Source: an uncultured delta proteobacterium
GTDB lineage: Bacteria; Myxococcota; Myxococcia; Myxococcales; Anaeromyxobacteraceae
DNA: 64,000 nucleotides
Assembly: GCA_963828255.1 (NCBI GenBank)
Contig: CAWHDZ010000015.1
Location: forward strand, 160,001 to 224,000
Direction of reading: 5' to 3'
Each line of letters opens with the position of its first letter. Position 1 is the stretch's first letter. The notes beneath the pieces are model-generated. The model was given only the letters and a program-made list of their open reading frames with translations, made no database searches and was not told the origin of the DNA. Positions 20,478 through 28,847 of the stretch are shown in pieces. The translations under genes were made by a program, and so were the position numbers.

Positions 20478-21322
20478 TCCACCTCGCCGCAGCCGCCGCG
20501 CTGTTCCTGGCCGCCGCACCACAGGCTCCCCAGGCGCACGCCCCCGCCGACACCAAGTGCTCGGCCTGCCACACGCCCGAGGGGTGGGGGGACGTGAAGT
20601 TCGTCCACGAGCGGACCGGGTTCCCGCTCACCGGGCAGCACGCCCAGGTGGCCTGCCGCAAGTGCCACGTGGTGGACTTCAAGCAGCCGCTGCCCCGAAG
20701 CTGCTCGGCCTGCCACCGCGACGTCCACGGCGGCAACGCGGGCGTCCAGTGCGCCACCTGCCACGACACCGAGAGCTGGAAGTCCCGCTTCGACGCGGAC
20801 GCCCACCGGCGCACCAACTTTCCGCTGCAGGGGCGCCACGCGCTGCTCCCCTGCGAGCAGTGCCACGGCGACAGGCGCGATCGCTCCTTCGCACGTCCCA
20901 CCGTTCCGTGCGCGGATTGCCACCAGGCCGACCTCTCCAACGCGGCGGCGAAGGGGGTGGACCACTCGGGGTTCGGGAACACGTGCCTGGGCTGCCACGG
21001 CTTCTGGCGCTGGAGCCCGGCCACCTTCTCGGGGCACGGGGCCTGCTTCCCCATCGACTCGGGCAGGCACGCCGGAATTCCCTGCCTGAGCTGCCACGTC
21101 ACGCTGCCCGTGCCGCTCGTCATCGGGTCCTGCACCAGCCAGCCTTCCCCGTCCTGCATCCAGTGCCACCCCTGCGCGTCGCACCCCCAGGTCCAGAGCT
21201 TCGTCTGCACCGACCAGGCCTGCTACGGATGCCACTACAACGGGCAGGTCAACGAGGGCGGCGGGAACCTCCGGACCAGGCAGCTGCGGATCGGACCCAC
21301 GCGGAGGACGGTGAAGCCATGA
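20474..21322 (+). CDS. Exported decaheme cytochrome c
   Basis: GTG start overlapping upstream TGA; signal peptide; 10 CxxCH counted; same repeat family. Confidence 0.9.
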   Translation: MIHLAAAAALFLAAAPQAPQAHAPADTKCSACHTPEGWGDVKFVHERTGFPLTGQHAQVACRKCHVVDFKQPLPRSCSACHRDVHGGNAGVQCATCHDTESWKSRFDADAHRRTNFPLQGRHALLPCEQCHGDRRDRSFARPTVPCADCHQADLSNAAAKGVDHSGFGNTCLGCHGFWRWSPATFSGHGACFPIDSGRHAGIPCLSCHVTLPVPLVIGSCTSQPSPSCIQCHPCASHPQVQSFVCTDQACYGCHYNGQVNEGGGNLRTRQLRIGPTRRTVKP

Positions 21323-22995
21323 GCGCGCTCCCCCTCCTGGCGTTGCTCCTCGCGGCGGGTTCGCCTGAGCAGGCGCAAGCCCCCGTCCCTCCGGCGCCGG
21401 CTGCCGTCGCGGCCCCCGTCGGCGCCCCGACGGCGCCCGTCGCCCCGGTGGCCCGCCGTGTCGAGGGGAAGGTGACCTTCGCCACCGCCACCACCGTCTA
21501 CCTCGACGCCGGCGCCCTGGAAGGGCTGACCATCGGCCAGGTCATCCAGGTCACGCGCGCCGCCCAGCCCGTCGGTACATGTACGGTGCGTGAACTGGCC
21601 GACCACTCCTCCACCTGCACGGGGCAGGGGGTCCGCGTCGGGGATCGTTTCACGGCGGACACGACGGTGCCCGGCGCGCCCGTGGTGGCCAAGATGGCCC
21701 CCGTCCCCACCGAGGACGAGCTGGACAGCCGCAACGCCATCCTGGTCGGGACCCCGGTGGCGCTGGTCGAGTCGAAGGCGAAGGCCCGCGACGTCGTGAT
21801 CGGCCAGCTCCCCAGCATCCGGGGAGATCTGGGATACGCGGTCTGGCTCGCCAGCCCGTCGGGGCCGGGGGACTCGCAGCGAATGCAGCTCGACGTCCAG
21901 GTGAACGGACTCGACGCCTTCGCCGGGTTCAAGTTCTTCGCCGACGCGCGCCTTTTACAATGGACCCAGCGGGACGAGACGTACGTGCCGGGATCCGCGA
22001 CCCAGTTGCTGGTCTACGACCTGGAGCTCTCCCAGCGCGACCCGAAGAGGAGCTGGAGCGCCGCCTTCGGACGGGTCATGCCCTGGTTCGCCCCCGGCTC
22101 GACGGTCTTCGACGGCGCCCAGGGCGGGCTGCGGTTCGGCCGGACCGAGGTCGGCGTCTTCGGGGGCGTGGTCCCGGATCCCTACACCACCGAGCCGACC
22201 CTCAACCGGTACACCGGCGGCGTCTACGTCAACTTCGAGGCCCCCCTGGGATCCACGCTGCTCTCCGGCAGCGCGCGCGGCGCGGTGGTGCAGAACCCCG
22301 CCGTGCTCCGCCACTACGAGGGGGAGCTCCTGCTGAACTACTGGGCGGGCGGCGTCTTCAGCGCCTCCGGCAACCTGCGCATGGGGTTCGGCGACGTTCA
22401 CGCGCCGTCCTACATCGACGCGGCCCGCCTGGCGCTCAGCATCCGGCCCGTCCCCATCTTCTGGATCTCGGGCGGCTTCTCCTACTGGGGACTCGCGATG
22501 CCGAACGACGAGCCCATCGCCACCTACCCCGGTCCCTCCCGCCGGGCCGACGGCTCGATCGGCGTGGACGCGACCCCCTGGCTGCGCATCGCCGGCCTGG
22601 GAGGTTGGGTGGACGACCTGACGTCCGGCCTGTCCCACACCTACGTGGGGCCCGAGGTGACCTTCACGAAGGTGCTGGCCGGCCTCTCCTTCGGCTACCT
22701 GAAGGACCTGGGATGGGTGGAGGGGCAGAGCGCCTGGGGGCAGATCGGCTGGGCCCCCGCACCGGGAGCGCGACTCACCGGCCGGGCCTCCTGGTTCCAG
22801 ACCACCCAGACCGTCGGCGGGGTGTCGAACTCCGCGCCGGCGAACGACGCCGGCCTCACCCTGAACGGGACGGTCGGGCTGACCCGCTGGCTCTCGCTCC
22901 GGGCGTCGGTGATGGTGCGGGCCGGGATCGACAACTTCGAGGCGTCGGTGCCATTCGGGACGGCGGCGAACGTGTTCCTCGTCGGCACCTACTGA
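21319..22995 (+). CDS. Probable outer-membrane beta-barrel protein with N-terminal soluble beta domain
   Basis: Signal peptide, Pro/Ala linker, many amphipathic Gly/aromatic strands, C-terminus NVFLVGTY (terminal aromatic); ATGA overlap. Confidence 0.7.
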   Translation: MSALPLLALLLAAGSPEQAQAPVPPAPAAVAAPVGAPTAPVAPVARRVEGKVTFATATTVYLDAGALEGLTIGQVIQVTRAAQPVGTCTVRELADHSSTCTGQGVRVGDRFTADTTVPGAPVVAKMAPVPTEDELDSRNAILVGTPVALVESKAKARDVVIGQLPSIRGDLGYAVWLASPSGPGDSQRMQLDVQVNGLDAFAGFKFFADARLLQWTQRDETYVPGSATQLLVYDLELSQRDPKRSWSAAFGRVMPWFAPGSTVFDGAQGGLRFGRTEVGVFGGVVPDPYTTEPTLNRYTGGVYVNFEAPLGSTLLSGSARGAVVQNPAVLRHYEGELLLNYWAGGVFSASGNLRMGFGDVHAPSYIDAARLALSIRPVPIFWISGGFSYWGLAMPNDEPIATYPGPSRRADGSIGVDATPWLRIAGLGGWVDDLTSGLSHTYVGPEVTFTKVLAGLSFGYLKDLGWVEGQSAWGQIGWAPAPGARLTGRASWFQTTQTVGGVSNSAPANDAGLTLNGTVGLTRWLSLRASVMVRAGIDNFEASVPFGTAANVFLVGTY

Positions 22996-23063
22996 CCGCG
23001 GCTGGGGCGCGGTCGTGCGGGGGCGGGCGGGTGCTCCGCAGGCGGGCGGCGCTGCAGGCGGAT

Positions 23064-23431
23064 CGCCTTCGTTCCGGGAGGCCGGCTGGGGAAGCCCGGG
23101 CCGAAGGCGACGCGAACAGCGCGCCTCGTGGGGAGATCCGGGCGCCCACTCGCGGACGGCGTCCCGCGGGCGGTGAGGACGGGACCGCCGGGAACGCGTT
23201 CGCCTGGCCGTCATGGGAACTGCGACACACTCGCGGACCGAGTGAGCCCGGCCCGTGCCCGCGATCGCCACTCCGAGCGGCGCCTCCGCACCGGGCGCCG
23301 GGAACCGGCGATGCTCTGGCCCGGCGTGCCCCGGCGCCACCAGAGCCGCGAACGCCACCGCCGGGAGGACAAGCGCCGCGGAGAGTGGTGTCCCAGCGCC
23401 CGGCGGCAGCCGGCCTCCCGGAACGAAGGCG
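23064..23431. repeat. 368-bp intergenic element bounded by a perfect 25-bp inverted repeat (MITE-like or structured RNA)
   Basis: CGCCTTCGTTCCGGGAGGCCGGCTG (23064-23088) and exact reverse complement (23407-23431); several internal hairpins. Confidence 0.7.
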
Positions 23432-23448
23432 CCTCGCGCGACGCCGCC

Positions 23449-24573
23449 CTACTTCCCGCGGGAGAACTCCTCCATGAACGTCGCCAGCGCATCGACCCAC
23501 TCGAACGGCACGGCGTTGTACGTGGACACCCGGATCCCGCCCACCGAGCGGTGACCCTTCAGCCCGACCATGCCGCGCTTCTTCGCCTCGGCGACGAACT
23601 GCTCCTCGAGGGGCTCGGTGGGGAGCCGGAAGACCACGTTCATCACGGAACGGCTCTCCCGCTCCACCGGGGAACGGTAGAAGGCAGGGTTGGCGTCGAT
23701 GGCCCCGTAGAGCCGGGCCGCCTTCCGGCGGTTCGCCGCCTCCATGGCGGGCAGACCGCCCAGCCCCTTCAGCCAGGCGAGCACGTTCCGCACCATGTAG
23801 ACGCCGAACGTGGGCGGCGTGTTGTAGAGCGACCTGTTCTCGGCGTGGGTGCGGAACTGGAAGATCTTGGGGATGTCCTTCCGCCCCTTCTCGACGAGTT
23901 CCTTCGACACGATGGCGACCACGATGCCGGAGGGGCCGATGTTCTTCTGGGCGCCGGCGTAGACGATGCCGAACTGCGACACGTCGAAGGGGCGCCAGAG
24001 GAAGTCGCTCGACATGTCGGCGACGAGCGGTGTCGCCCCGGTGCCGGGGTAGGCGCGCGACGCATCCACGTTGAACTCGATGCCGTGGATGGTCTCGTTC
24101 GACGTGAGGTGCAGGTAGGAGGCGGCCGGATCGACCTTCACCTCGGCGGGGGAGGGGACGCGGACGTAGCTCTTCTCCTTGCCGTCGCCGGTGCCGGTGG
24201 TCTGGGTCGCGACCGAGCCGCCCAGCATGGCCGCCACCACCTTGGCCTCGCCGACCGCCTTCTCGCCCCAGGCGCCGGTGACCAGGTACTGGGCCGCCTT
24301 GCCCTTCTCCATGAGGTTCATGGGGATCTGGGCGAACAGGGCCGACGCCCCACCCTGGAGGAACAGGATCTCGTGGGTGGCGGGAACGGCGAGGAGTTCG
24401 CGGAGAAGGGACAGCGCCTCGTCGTGGACCGCCTCGTACTCCTTGCCTCGGTGGCTGTGCTCCATGACCGACATGCCGCTGCCGGCGAGGTCGAGGAGTT
24501 CCTCCCGGGCCCGCTCCAGCGCGGGGAGCGGCAAGGCTGCGGGACCGGCGTTGAAGTTCATCTTGCGGGCCAT
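23449..24573 (-). CDS. serC: Phosphoserine aminotransferase
   Basis: [49 protein letters not shown]. Confidence 0.95.
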   Translation of the reverse strand: MARKMNFNAGPAALPLPALERAREELLDLAGSGMSVMEHSHRGKEYEAVHDEALSLLRELLAVPATHEILFLQGGASALFAQIPMNLMEKGKAAQYLVTGAWGEKAVGEAKVVAAMLGGSVATQTTGTGDGKEKSYVRVPSPAEVKVDPAASYLHLTSNETIHGIEFNVDASRAYPGTGATPLVADMSSDFLWRPFDVSQFGIVYAGAQKNIGPSGIVVAIVSKELVEKGRKDIPKIFQFRTHAENRSLYNTPPTFGVYMVRNVLAWLKGLGGLPAMEAANRRKAARLYGAIDANPAFYRSPVERESRSVMNVVFRLPTEPLEEQFVAEAKKRGMVGLKGHRSVGGIRVSTYNAVPFEWVDALATFMEEFSRGK

Positions 24574-24622
24574 GGCGTGCCTCCGTGCGGCGGGTGGGGT
24601 TCGGCTGCCGGGACGACGGCGG

Positions 24623-25291
24623 TCAGCGGGCCGGGGGGACCCCGGGGATTCCCGGGGGCGCGCCGCGCTGCCGCAGCTCGGCGATGGCGGCGCCGGCCTG
24701 GCCGGCGAAGCGCCCCGACTTGTCGGTGGCGATGACCTTGAGCCAGGCCTCCTCGGCGCGCTTCGTGTCCTTCAGGTCGTAGGCGAAGACGACGCCGATG
24801 TTCATGAGGCTCTGCATGTGGTTCGGATCGATCTGGTTCGCCTTCTGGAAGTTGGCGAGCGCCTTGTCGTACTGCCCGAGGTCCCGGTACATGACCCCCT
24901 GATCGGTGAGGACGTCGGGGTTCTTGGGGTTCAGCTCCAGCGCCTTGCCGTAGGCGTCGATGGCGGCCTGCTGCTGCTTGGTGTCGAAGTAGTCGTTGCC
25001 GAGCGAGATCCAGGCCTGGACGTCCTTGGGGTTCTGGGCCACGAGTTGCTTCGCGATGGCGATCCGCTGGTCGACTCCGGCCCCGCCGCCCGGGACGTTG
25101 GGGGCGCCGACCATCCCGCCGGGAGGCATCCCGCCACCCGGAGGCATCGCCCCCGGGGGCATCGCGCCTGGCGGCGGCATGGTGGGTACCCCGCCTGCCG
25201 GCGGGGCAATTGGAGCGGCCGTGACCGGCTCGTTCTTCTTGCATCCGACCACTGCGAGAGCGACGGCGAGGGCGACGAGCGTTCGGTTCAA
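24623..25291 (-). CDS. TPR-repeat lipoprotein with Pro/Gly/Met-rich linker
   Basis: Lipobox VVGC; MPPG repeats; TPR motifs [27 protein letters not shown] before TTG. Confidence 0.8.
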   Translation of the reverse strand: MNRTLVALAVALAVVGCKKNEPVTAAPIAPPAGGVPTMPPPGAMPPGAMPPGGGMPPGGMVGAPNVPGGGAGVDQRIAIAKQLVAQNPKDVQAWISLGNDYFDTKQQQAAIDAYGKALELNPKNPDVLTDQGVMYRDLGQYDKALANFQKANQIDPNHMQSLMNIGVVFAYDLKDTKRAEEAWLKVIATDKSGRFAGQAGAAIAELRQRGAPPGIPGVPPAR

Positions 25292-25405
25292 GGTGGTGTT
25301 TCCTCCAGGGGGCCAGGGCGGTCCTCGCCCTCGATCTCGCGGCGCAGTCTAGCCCGATGGCCGCCGGATTCAAGGACGGTCCCGGGAGTCGTATCATGGC
25401 CGGGA

Positions 25406-26662
25406 TTGACCCCACCGAGCCTCGTCCTCGCCGACCTGCGCCCCCGCACCGCGGCCCTCGCCGCGCTCTCCGGCGCCGTCGAGGCACGACCGGAGTCGGC
25501 GGGGGTCAGCGTCCGCTTCGCCGGCCCTGGCGAGGACCTGCGCACCGCCATCCGCGATGCCACCAGGGAGGGGCCGGTTGTCGTGGGCTGGTCGCTCACC
25601 TCTCCCGGCCGCCACGCAGCCGCGGCAGCGCTGCGCGAGGCGAGGGGCACCGCGGGTAGCGGCGACCGGGTCCTCCACCTGGCCGGGGGGCCGCACCCCA
25701 CGGCCGACCCGGAGGGCACCCTCGGCCTGGGCTTCGACCTGGCCGGGATCGGGGAGGGGGAGGAGACCCTGGTCGGGCTCCTGCGGCGGGTCGCCAGCGG
25801 GGAGGACCCACGGGGTCCCGGGCTCGCCTGGATGGAGGGCGGGCGTCTGCGCCGTGGGGCGCCTGCGCCGCCGGTGGACCTGGACGCGTGCCCGCCCTTC
25901 CCGGACCGGCTGCCGCGGCTCGGCCCGATCGAGATCACCCGGGGCTGCGTCCACGCCTGCCGCTTCTGCCAGACCACCCACCTCCACGGCGGCCGGGTCC
26001 GGCACCGGTCGGCCGGGAGGATCGCCGAGGCGGCGCGCCAGGTGGCGCTGCGGGGAGGGCGGGATGTCCGCTTCGTCACCCCGAGTGCGCTGGCCTGGGG
26101 CTCCGACGACGGCCGCCCCCGCCTCGAGGCCATCGAGGAACTCCTGTCGCGGGTTCGCGAGGCCGCCGGCGCCGGCGCGCGGATCTGGTTCGGCACCTTC
26201 CCCTCCGAGGTGCGCCCGGAGCACGTCACCCCCGAGGCGGTCCGGCTGCTGCGCCGCCACGTCGCCAACGACCACCTGGCCATCGGCGCGCAGTCGGGGT
26301 CGGACGCCGTGCTCGAGGCCTGCCACCGCGGTCACCGCGCCGAGGACGTCCGCCGCGCGGTGCGGCTCACGCTCGAGGCCGGGTTCCGCGCCAAGGTGGA
26401 CCTCATCTTCGGCCTCCCGGGCGAGACGCCGGACGATGCCGCGGAATCCCGCGCCATGGCGGTGGAGCTTGCGGAGGCCGGAGCCGAGATCCACGCGCAC
26501 GTTTTCCTGCCGCTCCCCGGAACGCCCTGGGCGGGAGCGGCTCCCGGGCGGATCGACGGCGCGACGCGGGAACTGCTGGCCCGCCTGGCCGGGAGGGGGC
26601 GCCTGTCCGGGGCATGGAGGCGCCAGGAGCGGATGGCGGCGACGGACGGCGGGCCCGGCTAG
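25406..26662 (+). CDS. B12-binding-domain radical SAM protein (start uncertain)
   Basis: AGGPHPT, GEGEE, IEITRGCVHACRFC, GAQSGS, DLIFGLPGE; promoter-like TTCAAG-17-TATCAT at 25369-25397. Confidence 0.8.
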   Translation: MTPPSLVLADLRPRTAALAALSGAVEARPESAGVSVRFAGPGEDLRTAIRDATREGPVVVGWSLTSPGRHAAAAALREARGTAGSGDRVLHLAGGPHPTADPEGTLGLGFDLAGIGEGEETLVGLLRRVASGEDPRGPGLAWMEGGRLRRGAPAPPVDLDACPPFPDRLPRLGPIEITRGCVHACRFCQTTHLHGGRVRHRSAGRIAEAARQVALRGGRDVRFVTPSALAWGSDDGRPRLEAIEELLSRVREAAGAGARIWFGTFPSEVRPEHVTPEAVRLLRRHVANDHLAIGAQSGSDAVLEACHRGHRAEDVRRAVRLTLEAGFRAKVDLIFGLPGETPDDAAESRAMAVELAEAGAEIHAHVFLPLPGTPWAGAAPGRIDGATRELLARLAGRGRLSGAWRRQERMAATDGGPG

Positions 26663-26683
26663 AACCCCGGGCGGAGGTCTCCC

Positions 26684-27097
26684 GTGGCCGAGCTGAAGAC
26701 GAAGAAGACCCGCGCCAGCGTGGCGGCGTTCCTCTCGGCAATCCCGGATCCCGATCGTCGCAAGGACGCACGGGCTGTGGCGGCGCTCCTCCGCCGCGTC
26801 ACCGGGGAGCGGCCCGCGCTGTGGGGCACGAACATCGTCGGGTTCGGGCAACGCAAGCTCCGGTACGCGTCGGGAAGGGAGCTCGACTGGCCGGTGGCCG
26901 CCTTCGCCTCGCGGGCCGACCGCATCACCCTCTATCTCGCCTGCGAGCTCTCGCGGCACCGCGCCCTCCTCGCCCGGCTGGGGAGGCACACGAAGGGGAA
27001 GGGCTGCCTGCACCTCCGGCGGCTCTCCGACGTCGACCCCGAGGTGCTCGAGGAGCTGGTGCGGAGCGCGGTCGCCGACGGGGGCTCCAGAGGTTGA
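26684..27097 (+). CDS. DUF1801-like protein
   Basis: MAELKTKKT, LWGTNIVGFG..YASGRE.DW, LGRHTKGKGCL; GGAGG RBS. Confidence 0.75.
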   Translation: MAELKTKKTRASVAAFLSAIPDPDRRKDARAVAALLRRVTGERPALWGTNIVGFGQRKLRYASGRELDWPVAAFASRADRITLYLACELSRHRALLARLGRHTKGKGCLHLRRLSDVDPEVLEELVRSAVADGGSRG

Positions 27098-27229
27098 AAC
27101 GAGAGGCGCGCGGGAACTGGGCCGGCTCGCACTGTCCGTTGAGTCGTGGCAGGGTTCGGCGGATGCCGTCCTTCAATGTCGCGCTGCCGTCGGGAGCCCC
27201 TGACGTTCGCCGCCGGGTCACACCCCTCG

Positions 27230-27688
27230 TCAAGTCCCCCGAGCGGTATCGCTCGCGCCCTCCTCCATGCGCTCCTTCAGGTTGCGGACGGTCAACTCCG
27301 CCTCGCGCTCGTTGAGCCGCCGGACGAACGGGGCGGCCAGCCGGCCCAGCAGCGCCCCGGGGATCTCGTACTCGACTTCCGAGCTGAAGTCGGTCCCCTG
27401 GCCGTGCGGCCGGAACTCCCAGCGGATCGAGTGGGGAATGCCTCCTCTCGCCTTCACGATGTGAAGCCGGTTGCGCTCCGCCTCGACCGTCCGGGTGTGG
27501 CCGTGGAATTTCACGCCGGCCATCTTGTAGGTCCAGTCGTACTCGCTCGATCCGTCCGGCTCCGTGTGCACGTTCGACACCTCGATGAGGCTCGGCCAGA
27601 TCTCGGGCAGGTGCGCCGGATCCAGCATGTACTCGAACACCTTCGACGTAGGTGCCTCGATGAAGATCTCCTTCCGGACTCTTTCCAT
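27230..27688 (-). CDS. SRPBCC (START-like) family protein
   Basis: KEIFIEAPTSKVFEYMLDP..LPEIWP, C-terminal helix LKERME; GAGGAG RBS. Confidence 0.75.
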   Translation of the reverse strand: MERVRKEIFIEAPTSKVFEYMLDPAHLPEIWPSLIEVSNVHTEPDGSSEYDWTYKMAGVKFHGHTRTVEAERNRLHIVKARGGIPHSIRWEFRPHGQGTDFSSEVEYEIPGALLGRLAAPFVRRLNEREAELTVRNLKERMEEGASDTARGT

Positions 27689-27841
27689 GGCGGACTCCTC
27701 CTGCGTTCCAGGCTCCGCCTCCATCGCGGAAGGGGCAACCCGGGGATCCGGGGCGCATGGGTTCACCTGCGAGGGTGAACCCGGGCGGGGGCCGCCCAGG
27801 GGTCGTGGTGAAGTCCTCGCTCCTCCACGACGGGGGGCGAG

Positions 27842-28591
27842 AGAGATGGAGTCCCCATCGATGCGATCTCCGACGAGCTCGTCCAGCGTCTCAAGGGCGA
27901 TCTCGTCGAGAACCAGCGGAACAGCAAGACCATCAACAACGTGCTCACCGCCCTCTCGGTCATGCTGAAGCGCGCGGCGGACTGGAAGGTCATCGATGCA
28001 ATGCCCTGCCGGATCAAGCTCCTCAAGTACGAGCGGACCGAGGTCTCGTTTTACGACTTCGCCGACTACGAGAAGCTCTTACAGGGCGCAGCGGCCCTCG
28101 ATGTCCGCATCGAGCTGCTCGTGCTCCTGGGCGGAGGCGCGGGCCTGCGCCGTGGAGAGGCCATCGCAGTGGAGTGGAGCGACGTCGACCAGAAGCGGAG
28201 CGTCCTGCACGTGCAGCGCAGCGAGTGGGACGGCCACGTGACCACGCCCAAGGGCGGCCGATCCCGGCGAGTGCCGATGACGGCTCGCCTGGCTGCCGCC
28301 CTCAAGGCCCATCGTCACCTCCGGGGCTCCCGAGTTCTCTGCCACGAGAATGGGGACGCCATCGGCAGGCAGGCCGTGCACGAGTGGATGGAGAAGGCCC
28401 AGCGACGGGCTGGCCTAAAGGTCACGGGCGCGTATCACATCCTCCGCCACACCTTCTGCTCGCACCTCGCGATGCAGGGCGCGACGGCGAAGGCCATCCG
28501 GCTGCTCGACCGGAGGCCGACCGGCGAATCCGTTGGAGACGGTTTGGAGACGGGCTCCGGGCCGGAGACGAAGTCGAGGGAAGTTCCGTAG
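27842..28591 (+). pseudogene. Tyrosine recombinase/integrase remnant
   Basis: KTINNVL, GLRRGE, TPKGG, YHILRHT present; in-frame TGA at 27809 with no start for the N-terminal part; GH...Tyr catalytic segment missing. Confidence 0.8.
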
Positions 28592-28596
28592 TTGAG

Positions 28597-28672
28597 TGGT
28601 GAGGCGCCCGGGAATCGAACCCGGAACCACCGGCTTAAAAGGCCGATGCTCTGCCAGTTGAGCTAGCGCCTC
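28597..28672 (-). tRNA. tRNA-Lys(UUU)
   Basis: GAGGCGCTAGCTCAACTGGCAGAGCATCGGCCTTTTAAGCCGGTGGTTCCGGGTTCGATTCCCGGGCGCCTCACCA; 76-nt cloverleaf, anticodon TTT, encoded CCA. Confidence 0.97.
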
Positions 28673-28847
28673 GTCCGAACTGTTCTACCAACTACCGGAC
28701 CTGTTTTCCCGTCCGCCGACCTGACCGCGTCGCGGACGCTCCGGACCGCCTGCCGGCCTGCCTTCTCGCCGCCGCCGAGGAGTGGCGCGCCGCCTCCGTG
28801 GCCCGTCCATCGCAAACGCCTCCCGGACCCCGTCCGAGGAGGCACAC

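Noticed and set aside
18657..22995. Naming the cytochromes and barrel MtrA/MtrB/MtrC
   Set aside because: Repeat pattern and heme spacing differ from MtrA/DmsE as I recall them, and there is no lipoprotein cytochrome; only the general logic is shared.
23064..23431. RNase P RNA, tmRNA or cobalamin riboswitch, suggested by size and structure
   Set aside because: No GAGGAAAGTCC motif, no tRNA-like ends with CCA and no B12 box found on either strand.
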